The translations under genes were made by a program, and so were the position numbers. Below, one piece after another: positions 1 to 11,249 of a stretch of DNA of 64,000 nt; within the stretch, counting starts at the first letter, position 1; every line of letters begins with the position of its first letter. Below the pieces are notes generated by a model, which saw only the letters and a list, made by a program, of their open reading frames with translations, did no database searches and was not told the DNA's origin. Origin of the DNA: the human T2T-CHM13v2.0 reference genome, Homo sapiens; NCBI RefSeq assembly GCF_009914755.1, contig NC_060930.1. One strand, given 5' to 3'.

Positions 1-690
1 TGAAGTAATAGGCATTCATTTAACCAAAGTGATAATTAAAAGGTTTCAAAAAGCAAAATTCTTTTCTCTTTGATAGAGAAGATACTCAGTTTTCCAAATA
101 AGCAAAGAACTTAATAAAGACAGCATGAGGCTCACAGATCTGTTTGTCTCTCTCTCTCTTTCTCACCCTCCCCCCTTTTTTTGCAGTTTACTCCAAAGGT
201 GAATAAAAATCTTTTTTTTTTAAATCAATGCTACATGAAATTTTGTTTAAAAGAGAAAACCAAATTCTAGTTTTGTATTAGTGTACTTTTAATACTAAAG
301 CTAGTTTTAATAAAGCCTTATAAGCCAGTCCATCTAATCTCTGTCAGCACTGACCACACAAAATAAAATTTCCATAAACTTTCATAATCTCTTACAATTT
401 TTTAATTATCTTCCTTTCCCCACTGTTTAAGTCCACTTAGTTTTATCTATACCATTTTTCCTTCATTCATTTATTCTGAAAAAACCTTTAAATAATCTCT
501 AAACTATTCAAAAATCATTCTCTTTCTCAATAAAACACATCCTCATACTTTATAAAATCTTACTTTCCTTTAACACTCTGTATACATTGTTTCCTATATC
601 TAGTAATTTTAACTCTATTTCATTTATAATTTTAACTCTTAGCAACCCCAATTTTCGGTGAAAAACCTTGGAAGTAAGAAATTTTGAACA
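1..690. mobile_element. Degenerate ERV1 (MER4-group) internal-region relic
   Basis: AT-rich sequence with motifs such as cttagcaaccccaattttcggtgaaaaaccttggaagt that I recall from MER4-group internal sequences. No ORF. Family assignment is tentative. Confidence 0.3.
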
Positions 691-1490
691 ACAACAATAA
701 GAAAATAAAAAGATAATTCATAGGCTGAGAGAAAATATCTGTAAATCATATATACCTGATAGAGGACTTGTATCCAGAATATACATGAGACACTCTCAAC
801 ACTCAACAATGAAATTTTTAAAAAGGTAAAAGATCTGAATAGATACTTTATCAAAGGAAATAACTGAATGGCTAATAAGCACATGAAAAGATACTCAACA
901 CCATGAGTCATTAGGAGAACGCTTGTTTACACTACAATGAGATACAACTACATACCTATTAATATGGCTAAAATTAAAAAGAATGACCATATTGAGTGGT
1001 TGTGAGGATGTAGAGGAACTGGAAATCTTATAAATGGGAATGTAAAATGGTACAACCATTTTGGAAAATAGTTAGATAGCTTCTTAAAATGTTAAACCTA
1101 CACCTACCACAGGCTCACAGTCATTTTCCCCTTGTTACCCAAGGTAAAAGAAAGCATATGTTTATAAAAGATGTGTACATGAAAGTTCATAGCAACTTAA
1201 CTTGAAATATTCAAAATATCTATCAACTGGGGAATGGATAAACAAATTGTGGTCTATGCATACAATGAATTACTACTCAGCAATAAAAGGGAGTAAACCA
1301 TTGACCCACACATCAACACCATCAACACTGGCAAATACCAAAATAATTAGCTAATTGAAAAACCCAGTTGAAAAATAGTACATACTGCATGATTCCATTT
1401 ACAAAAAACTATTTAAAAATGCAAACTAATCTATAGTGACAGAAAGCAGATAAGCAGTTGCTTCAGAATGAAGAGGGGGATTACAAGACC

Positions 1491-2031
1491 TGTAAGGCGA
1501 CTTCCTTCTACTCTTATATTTTGTGGCAGGGCCTAAGAATTAAACTGACATAAGACAAATTGAGAGGAGAAAAAGCATACAGATTTTATTTAATATTTTT
1601 ACATGCAAGCAGAATCTTCAGAAGGAAAATGAGGACCCAAAGAAGCCATTAGACCCAAAAGTTTATGTACCTTTTTACAAAAAGAACAATAAATTGTAGG
1701 TATGTGACAAGACAGAGGGGTTTGGACTAGGAACAGTGAATTGTAGAACAGTGACTAGAAAATATACGGAGGAAACTAATGGAAGATAAGGGTTATTTTG
1801 TAGGTTTGTTTGTATAGGTCCATTTCAACTCTCCCAATCTCTGGTGATAAGAATGTTCTTTTCCTGGTACAGGGAGGGTACCTTTTTCATGGGAAATTTT
1901 GTAACCTTTTAGGTAGAAAAGGGATGGTCAGAAAGCCCTTCCTGCATCTGTTGTTTCTCAAGGGCGTTCAGCTAAACTAGTCAATATGTTCAAGTAGCAT
2001 ATTTTGGAGGGGTGTGTTCTGAACACCTTCA
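1491..2031 (-). mobile_element. MER34-family solo LTR (ERV1)
   Basis: TG...CA termini. The reverse complement starts tgaaggtgttcagaacacacccctccaaaatatgc...gaaacaacagatgcaggaagggc, matching the MER34 5' end. It splits the L1M 3' UTR. Confidence 0.7.
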
Positions 2032-2158
2032 GATGCAAGAGGAAATTTGGGGGGGTGTTGGCTATATTCATTATCTTGAGTGTGGTAATGATTTCATAGG
2101 AGTATCAAGCTTATCAAATTGTACACTTCAAATATCTGCAGTTGATTGTGTGTCAATT

Positions 2159-2618
2159 GTGTCGAGAAGGAAAAGAAACTTTTTATCTGAGGAATACAAG
2201 CCTCAATGATCAGACCCTGAGAGACATTGAAATGTGACAGCAGCCACATCTCACTCCCTCTTGATCTACTTGAAGCCACTTGCTATGTGGGCTGTAGAAT
2301 GACTGACGCCAAGTAGCTGTAAGTTAACCTAACAATGCCACATGCTGGACTCTATAACTCATATTCTATAGTTCAACCGTGTATAGCCAATCACTAATCA
2401 ATGTTACTTCTGTAAACCATTGAGAATTCCTGAAAAACAACTTTTGTAATCACCCCCCTCCTGATTCGCCCTTTTTACTTTAAAAACTCAAGCCTCTCCT
2501 TTGTTTTCCGGAGCACTTCCCAGTGCGCAACCTAGTCCCAAGGTTGAGGACTGCAGCCAGTCCTCATATATAAACCCTCTATATTAATTTTGCCTCAGTT
2601 TTCTTATTTAGATCAACA
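2159..2618 (+). mobile_element. ERV1 MER4-group solo LTR (subfamily uncertain)
   Basis: TG...CA bounded, starts aaaagaaactttttatctgaggaatacaagcc, ends ttttgcctcagttttcttatttagatcaaca. Inserted in the L1M tail between tcaatt and gcctcaataa. Confidence 0.6.
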
Positions 2619-2724
2619 GCCTCAATAAGGTTGGTTTTTAAAAAAGAACAAACTCATGATGCCCCCTTTTGAGTCTGGGCTCAGGTTTTATACATGGCTA
2701 CCTTTGAGGCTTCAGGTTGGTTAT

Positions 2725-3252
2725 GATGATGGAAAAACCAAATTCTGCCAAAATACTTAAAGAAGTTTAGTCTGAGCCAAGATGAATGATCGTGGCCTAG
2801 GAGAAACAGTCTTAAGAAGTTCTGAGAAAGTCTGCCTGATGTGATGAGGTTACAGTTTAGCTTTATACATTTCAGGGAGATAGGAATTGCAGGTAAAATC
2901 ATAAATCAATACATGGGAAATATACACTGGTTTGACCCAAAAAGGCAGAACATCTCAAAGCAGAGGCCTACAAGTCATAGGTGGGTTTAGGGATTCTTTA
3001 TTTGGCAATTGTTTGAAAGACTTAAGCTTTGTCTAAAAACTTGGAGTCAGTATAAAGGAATGCTTAAATTAAGATAAAAAGGTCTGTTATCTGTTATGTG
3101 ATGCTACACACAATCAGGTTGGAAAGTAAGCCACAATATAATGAGTCAAAAAAACCTGTTTAACAAGATTTATGGTTTGTAAGGCATGACTCCCCAGGCC
3201 CCTTAGAAAGGAATTTGAGCAAGAAAAAGAAAGGGTCAGAGTTCAGTCCTCA
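2725..3252 (-). mobile_element. MER4D/E-like solo LTR
   Basis: The reverse complement begins tgaggactgaactctgaccc...aaattcctttctaaggggcctggggagtcatgcc, typical of MER4 LTRs. Confidence 0.7.
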
Positions 3253-3628
3253 GTTAACTGCTTAGTGTATGAAATACCATGATTTTTGAGCTTTCATCAT
3301 AGAAACATCTTTGGTGGCTGAAGACAGCCTTCCAAACATGCCCACCCTCTCACTTGGGACTGAACCTACCTGTAGTCAAGGCTCCTCGATCCTTTTTCCC
3401 ATTTTTGCCACTGAGGTTCCATTTTTGTTACTGCGTGATGCCACCCCAGTTTGGCAACTTCAGAAAGTACAAGAAATCATAAGATTATGAGTCCCATGGA
3501 GCAGAAAATAGCCATCATTCCCCTTTGTGATCCTGGAAGTGTCTTACCCAGGACCAGGTGTGTCAAGTATATATTTGTATGCTGAAATGAATTGAGTGGA
3601 ATCACAATTTTCTTTTTTTTTCCTGTTT

Positions 3629-3729
3629 GGACTAGTCAAGTTCAGTAGGGGAAAGAGTAGAAAAAGGAATTCAATCTGTAACTGACCGTGAACAATCAAT
3701 TAAGATAACTCACTATCTTCACTCCAGCC
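3629..3729 (-). pseudogene. Y1 RNA (RNY1) retropseudogene
   Basis: The reverse complement ggctggagtgaagatagtgagttatcttaattgattgttcacggtcagttacagattgaattcc...ctactgaacttgactagtc matches hY1. A-rich tail at 3611-3621. TSD cacaat(t/c)ttct at 3603-3613 and 3730-3740. Confidence 0.9.
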
Positions 3730-4464
3730 CACAATCTTCTAAACTATGGCTATTGTATTTACTAACAGATTTACTTTGGCCCAGAATTTTTTCATCCAAA
3801 TAATATTTTTGATCTCTGTGAGAACTGAGGTGAAATCAAGGAAACCCTCATGTATTAAATCTTTAAATATATTCTTTTAATGCAAAGTAGGGGTCAAGAG
3901 GAGAGGCATAGGTTGTGGGCCTTGTCCCAGCAAACAAAGCCACAAAGGCATTCACTTTATTCAAATAATTTTTTTTCTCTATGATAACTGAAAAAAATCA
4001 AAGAAAGCTTCATATATTAAATTCTTAAAAGTAAGAATTGTTACATTCTTACTTTAAATTCAAAGTAAGGGTGGCCCAGAATTTTATAAGGAGCCTGTAA
4101 CTCAGGTTACTTTTGCTTTCAGATCCAAGGTGCATGGTCCCATCACAGGTAAACTATCTACTCAAGTTCCTGACCCTTCGCAAGTCCATGACAAATGATA
4201 CTGGAATGTTTTGGCAACTGAGCGTGATTACCTAGAATCTTGGCCGGCACCTTATGTCTCACCTTTCTACACTGCAAACTCCTAACTCTCTAGTTTATAA
4301 ACCTATAGTCAGGATAGTTTTCTGGATCTTCTTACTTCCATCCTTAAACTCCCGCTTTACTGCTCCCTACATGCCCAACATATGCTTCTTGACTGTCTAC
4401 CAGCAACTTCCTTCAAAACAAATAAAACTAAACTAAAGGCAGCACAGGCTAAAATTACTTTTTC

Positions 4465-4650
4465 GATGGTTCTCAACCTTGGCCACACAGGAGGATCATT
4501 TGCAGAGATTTATAAAAAACCTAACCCCCGCCCCCCCACACACATATTCAGAACAATTAAATGAGAATTCCTAAGGGTGACCCCTGAGCATCAGGTTGTT
4601 TGTTTAAAGCTCCCCAGAGTAGTCTAAGGTGCAGCCAGTTGAGAACTACT
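4465..4650. mobile_element. MER5A-like hAT-Charlie MITE
   Basis: Terminal inverted motifs tggttctcaacc ... gttgagaactactg; internal aagctcccca...tgcagcca. Confidence 0.65.
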
Positions 4651-5340
4651 GTTAGGTTGCTGATCAGTGGTTTTTGTATGGAAAGTCAGTGCTTGCTTAA
4701 CATGTCTGGAAAAACCTAATTGACTGCTTTTGTTTTCCCTTCTACAATTCTACAATTGCATTTTCCTAAAAGGCTAAGATTCCTCATTGGTTATGTACAG
4801 GTTATGGCAATTATAGGAATATTTATCCTGTAATTAAGAATAAAATGAAACAATTTCTGTGGGAAATTACATTGTACTGTATAGTAAATTATACTTTTCA
4901 TTGGGAAATTATGAAATAAGATTTTGGCATTGGCTAATATAGTGTTTAATTTTTGAAACTACATAATTAAAAGATAATTAGTTGAATAGGTAATACCTTG
5001 GCAAATTGCAATGATTAAATGATTGCTTCCATAATGTAAATTACCTTCCACCATAGTCAGTGATCTAAAATATTGTCTAAACATGTAGTGGCATTTTAAA
5101 CATTAGATTATTTTATGAGTAAGTGGCCTATGTTGGTTAATTGACTCCCCGTAATCAATTGTCAGCTGCACTCGAGCAGTCAACCAGAGTTGCAAGGGTC
5201 TGTTGGGATTTCTGGGTCTCAGCTGAGCAGGTTGGTGTCCCAATCCTAAGTAACAATGCAGGGGCTGCAAAGACGACAGTGAAGGTGCTTGGGTCTCATT
5301 GTTGGTGTACTAGATATTGTCTTTGTTTCTAAAAAAAAAA

Positions 5341-5470
5341 CCTCCAAGTCTCAGTTTCTTCATTAGTGAGAAGGGGGATAATAAAACCACCATACCGGAT
5401 TGTTCATACAATATGCATAGTAATAAAGCTCTTAGCATAATACCTGGCATATAATTAGTGCTCAAGATTT
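5341..5470. mobile_element. MIR fragment
   Basis: MIR core ctcagtttcttcatt...ggggataata...cttagcataatacctggcatat. Confidence 0.6.
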
Positions 5471-5483
5471 CTTTGCATCACTG

Positions 5484-5484
<1 letters not shown>

Positions 5485-5541
<57 letters not shown>

Positions 5542-5776
5542 AGACAGAGTCCTGCTCTGTCGCCCAGGCTGGCATTCAGTTGTGCAATCTTGGCTAACTG
5601 CAACCTCTACCTCTCAGGTTCAAGCAATTCTCCTGCCTCAGCCTCCCAAGTAGCTGAAGTTATAGGCGCCTCCACCACGCCCAGCTAATTTTTTTGTATT
5701 TTTAGTAGAGATGGGGTTTTGCCATGTTGGCCAGGCTGGTTTCAAACTCCTGACCTCAAGTGACCTGCCCACCTCC
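5485..5776 (-). mobile_element. Alu (S-type), 5'-truncated, with a 56-nt poly(A) tail
   Basis: T-run 5485-5540, followed by gagacagagtc... Alu body ending at ctgcccacctcc. Confidence 0.95.
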
Positions 5777-8729
5777 TATTGCTTTAGGCCCTTTATTTGG
5801 CTGGCCATAGAGAAGACCTGTGGAGATACATGGGCATTGGTAATGTCACTGGATTCTGGATGACAGTTCTCGAGGGTGCAAGATGAAATGGCAGGTAGGG
5901 GCGAGGCAAGTTTATCAATATGAGTTCCTCCTCCATTGAGGAGGGCTAGGGAACTGGAGCAAGTCTGAGTCTGTAGGGAGAGGTTGTCCTTGTATTCACA
6001 TTGAGAGAGAGCCTCAATTCCACAAAGCTAGGTTTATAGATCCAAACCCAGGAAGTGATGCCAGCAGATGTAACAGTGGAATTCAAACCAATTTAACAAA
6101 TATCCCTATATAAATTTGAAGTCTATTTTCTGCTGGCTGTGTTTTTCTTTTTTGCAAAGTTTGTGCTTCCTGACTTTCCCTTTCTCTGACATTACACACA
6201 CTAACTGAAATTGAGCCAGATGCTCTGCATCCAAGCAGAGAAGAGTGAGGTACCTTATTGTTGTATCACAGAATTTCGGACTCAAAAGGCTCATCTAGAG
6301 TTGTGCTTTTAAAAATGGGTTCGCATCTCCTGGATTCCACAGAAGAGACTCAGAGGCTAACACAGTGGAAGGGGAGAGGAGAGCATGGGATCAAACGGAC
6401 AGGGCTCCACATGCCACCCACCCTCTTCAAATTAAGGAATTCCACTTTGCTCTGTTTTTTATGTTAGGGTTTTTAAAAATAAAATTCCACTTGCAAATAA
6501 GGATTCTAATCCAAAAAGAAAAAGAAAAAAACCTTGGCAAACCAGAGAATTAGTTAACTCTTCCGTTTTATAAATGGAGCTTAGAGTGGTAAAGTGCCTT
6601 GTTTGAAGTTACACATTTAAAAAATAGGAGAAGTAGGACTGGTAATTAGTACTGCTGATTTTCAGTCTAAGGACATATATCTCTTATATCATATTGCCTC
6701 TTAAAAGGTAAAGAAAGGCAGGTTGGACCCATGACATATCTTCTAGGCCACAGCTCTGAACACATTGCAAGAGAAATATTCAAGCAAAGTGAAAGGAAAG
6801 CAGCACATTTTCAGCATCTTAATAGTGAAGCTATCATACTGAAGGAAACCATATGAGAAAGGGATATAGAAAGGGCACCTCTTCTCTTCATTTCCCTCTA
6901 ACACTGGAAGCTTCTATTTTACTGTCGGTTATGCAACATGATTTGGAAAGCACCTTGGAAACCATATAAAGATTTGCATGTCATTACTAGAAATGGGTAG
7001 AGGACCCTGTACCACATCAGTTTCATGGCAGATCCTTAGGATAATGTTAGAAAGAAACTCAAGTAGATACGTTTCTCAGTACTGAAGCTTAGAATTCCTT
7101 ATTTGTGGTATCTCCCTTGTCTGGTACCCAGTTGTAGTATTAATGGGCATCAATATCTGCCAAAAGGGTGTGCCTTACTCAGAGGTGTTTACTGGAATCC
7201 TGTGCTTCCCACCAACCATACTCCATGCTCTTCTCCTTTGTCTATAACCCTAGCTTTAGTTATCGTCTACCCTGGTAGTCTCAGCTCAAATTATGATATG
7301 ATTTCTTTTCAGGAATCTTGATTTCTAGCTTGTGAGGTCTCTCTTACTTCAGCATCCTCCAACATCACCCCAATAAACCTACCTTCAATTAACATACAAC
7401 TAACTAAAACAGAGTGTTTTGTCCTTGCCATTCCCAGTTCCAAGCAGACTGCTCTTCATAAGTTTCTCTGATAAAAAAATTTTGCCACTGCCAAAGAGAA
7501 GAAATCTGCTATATTTGTAGTGCGGGTGAAAGGAATGGGTGTTGAATAAAAAGAACAGGGCAAAGCATCTGCACAAGTAAAAAGAAAAGCAGTCAATTTA
7601 AACAGAGAAATAAAACCCGACCACTGATGAGTTTTGAGTAATCAGGACTCATAAAATTATCTCACTCTCTAGTTCATTATGGCTGTGGAGGTAAAGCCAT
7701 GGAATCACTCCTGGGATGGTATTGCTATTGGAGGCCAGAACACATAGTAAATATATATCCTCATTAGTGCCAAATTGCATTAGGGAAGTTTGCAGGTTGC
7801 TACTGCTAAATCTCCACCTAGATTATTCTTTCTTAATTCAATGCCACTCAAAATTATTCTTCTAATTGGGAATGTTAGATATTATTTGTGTATGTGTGTG
7901 TTTTGTGTCAAAAGGAATAAAATACAGACAAAAGGCAATCATGTTGTCAATGAGAAGTATTCAATATAATATGGTTTTGGTTGTTTTAACATTACAACCT
8001 AACTGACCTGACCTTGGTTATTAGAACAGTTGAATAGACATATATAACTCTGATTTCACAAGAGGATACAAGAATCATTAAAACATAAAATATGTGCATA
8101 CATCATCTAACTACCTCTCTGTAGTTAAATGTAATTGCAGTTTTCCAGCAAAGAATTTGTGGAGAATTAAAATGAAAAGAAATAAAGGCTTGGGGAAAAT
8201 AGCAACAAATGGATGGAAAATATGAAATTAATTATCTCTATCTGAAAAATCTGTTTCTTATAAAGAATTAGAGATCTGTTGCACTTCAGAATTATTTACA
8301 TTTGAGAAAAGTTCTCGCCGTCAGTGGAAGAACATTACATGAAGAGGTATCTTTGGGCACATGAGCCATCTAACATAGAGTTAGAAGAGTCCAAAGAGCT
8401 CATCCTGCCTGGTCGTCTGTGTCTAACCAGATGACTACCTCAACTACTTGAAATAAAGTGGTTCTTGTCTACTTTGCAAGATGTTTTTTCTTTTCCTTTT
8501 TTCTTCTAAAAATAAGCAAACAACAAAACAGAGGGTCAAGATCTGTTTCTCTCTTTGATTCCTAAGATTTGTTTAAAGAAAACTTTGTTTCAGAAATTAC
8601 ATATTTCAGACACAGTTTTAGGTCTATTTTGTTCTATTCCACATAATATCGATACTAAGACAATGATTGGGCCAGCAGCATTTTACTAAAGTTTTCCCAA
8701 CGACATTAACCAATCAATTAAATAATTAA

Positions 8730-9020
8730 TTTTTTTTGAGACAGAGTCTTGCTCTGTCACCCAGGCTGGAGTACAGTGGCACAATCTCAGCTCACCGCAA
8801 TCTCCACCTCCTAGGTTCAAGTGATTCTTATGCCTCAGCATCCTGAGTAGTTAGGACTACAGGCATGTGCCACCATGCCTGGCTAATTTTTGCATTTTTA
8901 GTAGAGATGGGGTTTCACCATGTTGGCCAGGCTGGTCTCAAACTCCTGGCCTCAAACAATCCTCCTGCCTTGGCCTTCCAAAGTGCTGGGATTACAAATG
9001 TGAGCCACCACATTCAGCTC
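8730..9020 (-). mobile_element. Alu
   Basis: Full Alu dimer in reverse. Flanked by gacattaac/gacattaat (probable TSD). Confidence 0.95.
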
Positions 9021-9288
9021 AGACATTAATTTAGCTTGATATATATATATGGATTAATTAAAGGAGGATTAGTCAGAATAGAAAGCACTGAAAAAGGAAA
9101 ATTACAGAAGAAAATCTGAGTGGTGCTCATTCAGTTGCCATCCAGAGGAAAAGGAATCTTAGTTGTCAGGCCTGAACTACTCAGATCACATTGAGCATCT
9201 TATGTCTGTTTTGAGAACAGTATATCAGGATGACTTAGCTTGTAGTCATTAAACTTGAAATTTAATTGGTCCCTTGTTCTGATTCAAC

Positions 9289-9623
9289 ACTCAGGTTCCA
9301 ACTGAGGTACGAGGGGAGTCGGTGGGCAAGTGGTTGGTAGCTGAAAAAACACTCAAAGAATTGTAGACAGTTTCAACATGGCTTTACTCTCTCTCTGGGC
9401 ACAAGCGAGCCATATGTGCAGCATCAGCAAGGTATACCTTTTACAGACAATAGTGGCTCTGAGCCAAACACGAGCTCATGTGAGTTGTTACCTAATGTGC
9501 CTCATGTGGTGTGGTTACATAACGAGCAAGGTTGTGTGCTTGCACTCCAAACCCACTGAGTCATGCTGCACCAGAAGGCTGCCTCAGCCTACTCCTGACT
9601 AAAGCACAGCCATTTCCCTTACA
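9289..9623 (-). mobile_element. 3' LTR (LTR18-like)
   Basis: Direct repeat of 14912-15247. Ends cccttaca next to the PPT. Confidence 0.85.
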
Positions 9624-9634
9624 CTACACCCCCT
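9624..9634 (-). other. Polypurine tract
   Basis: ctacaccccct reads agggggtgtag on the minus strand, immediately upstream of the 3' LTR. Confidence 0.7.
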
Positions 9635-9699
9635 AGGCTGAGGGCGTCCTCCAGGCAGGGACACATGCCTATATGGCGGAGCCCTGAGTCCATAACCCA

Positions 9700-10850
9700 C
9701 AACAACAATACAGAGAGCAACAGCTCACTACTAGGATCTCAGCTATGATACTTATGACTATTAGGGCCCAATGTACGCCAGAACCTAGGGATGCTCACCA
9801 TCTCTGCAGGGGGTTGACAGTGAGGCTCTCAGTCACCTTAATCTCCTGGAAGACCCCTTTGCAGGGCTGCTGTTATGTTCTGCTGATTGTCAGGGATAAG
9901 GTACAACATTGTGTTCCTAAAAGGGCACAGGTGGCTCCTTGGGCAGCAGTTATGTCTAAGGCCACTTGGTTTTGCAACACCACTTTTTGATCTGATCAAC
10001 CTCATTCATTAACAGGAGGAGGGACACTCAGGTGTAATTCAGAGCCTGAGCGGTGTGCTCCGCAAGAGCAGTAAATTGTGCTTCTACAGTTTTGACACCT
10101 GCTCCAGGGATAGTCATTGCCAAAGGGTAGAAACACCAGGGGGCTCATCACATTCGCAAAAACTGAGAGCACAGTGCCTCCCAGTTATACAGGCATCTGG
10201 GCAATGTGGGGAGAACAGTAGCAGGTACATAAGGCCACCCCCAGATACAACATCCACTCCAGTTTGCTGATAGGAAAGGCTACTGTGTCCTCATAGACCC
10301 ATAAGCTCCCAAGAGGCAAAAAGTCCATTGGGGTCCGACCTTGGTGAGGCCACTTGTTCCACCATACCTTCAGTGTGGTGACACATGTTATGTTTGCACA
10401 GGCCGTGACAGGTACCCATCCTGTTACCCCAATGTTGCTCTGTGCACTGCAATGCCTGGGCTTGGGCTACTACATGTTCCCCTACTAGCCAGCCCCACTC
10501 ATCACGAATGCTACGGTCCAGCCAGGGGTCTTGCTGTGTCCTTTGTCCAAAGCTTGCCACATTGTGTTCCAGGCATCAGCCATGGGATCTCAAGTCTCCA
10601 GGCATGTCCAGTTCTCTGCAGACACGGGATGTATGTGTCAGGGAAAGCTGTCTGCAGCTGCTGCTGGAAAGGCAGTGCAGGTCCAACAGTTGGAAACATT
10701 GGTCACCTCAGCATAGGTGTGGGGTCAGTCCACAATGCAATTGGAGCATGTTAACCTACGGTTGAAATGACAGAGCAGGCACAGGTACTAACAGAGGTAA
10801 ATCACATCCCTCAGGCAAAATATAGGCTAACTTTCCATCCCTGGATAACA
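9700..10850 (-). pseudogene. env: ERV env remnant (SU-TM, gamma-type)
   Basis: Minus-strand translation at about 9900-9985 reads VVLQNQVALDITAAQGATCALLGTQCCT (ISD-like plus CX6CC). Fusion-peptide-like APWCFYPLAMTIPGAG lies after a decayed furin site at 10145-10156. Stops and frameshifts present; boundaries approximate. Confidence 0.75.
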
Positions 10851-11249
10851 ATGCAGCCACCAAGGGCTTTTGCCCTGGGTGATGGTACCACACCTTCTCA
10901 AATCTCCATGGTTCCTTTGAATCCTGTATCCATGCCAAAGTCACAGCGTAGCTCATAATAGGCCCATCAGATAGTACATATGTCCCTCAGAGGAGGGCTC
11001 CTTCCCTGGCTGTTCCTCTACAAACAGTCAACCTTGGAAGCCATGTATTGAACACTCAAAAAGTGACATGCAAGTCATACTGTAGGCCCTCCCCACAGGG
11101 AGCTATGATGGCCAACCACCAGCAGTGGAGAGCTTGGAGGGTCCATGGCCACAGCCAGGTTTTCTGTTCCCCTGCCTTCAGGGTTGTTGGGGCAGGCAAC
11201 AACAGGTTACCATTTGTCCCCATACCTGATCGGAGGAGGTCATCCTTGG

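Larger units (their letters stand above)
700..2650 (+). mobile_element. Old L1M (L1MB/MC/ME-type) ORF2 end and 3' UTR, interrupted by two LTRs
   Basis: L1 3' motifs: ggacttgtatccagaatata, tgtgaggatgtagaggaactggaa, catactgcatgattccattt. The tail resumes at 2032-2158 and again at 2619 (gcctcaataagg...aaaa). Confidence 0.75.

Noticed and set aside
5030-5300. Cluster of TAAT, TGATTA and TGACA motifs as a candidate enhancer
   Set aside because: Short motifs are common in AT-rich DNA and conservation cannot be assessed from one sequence.
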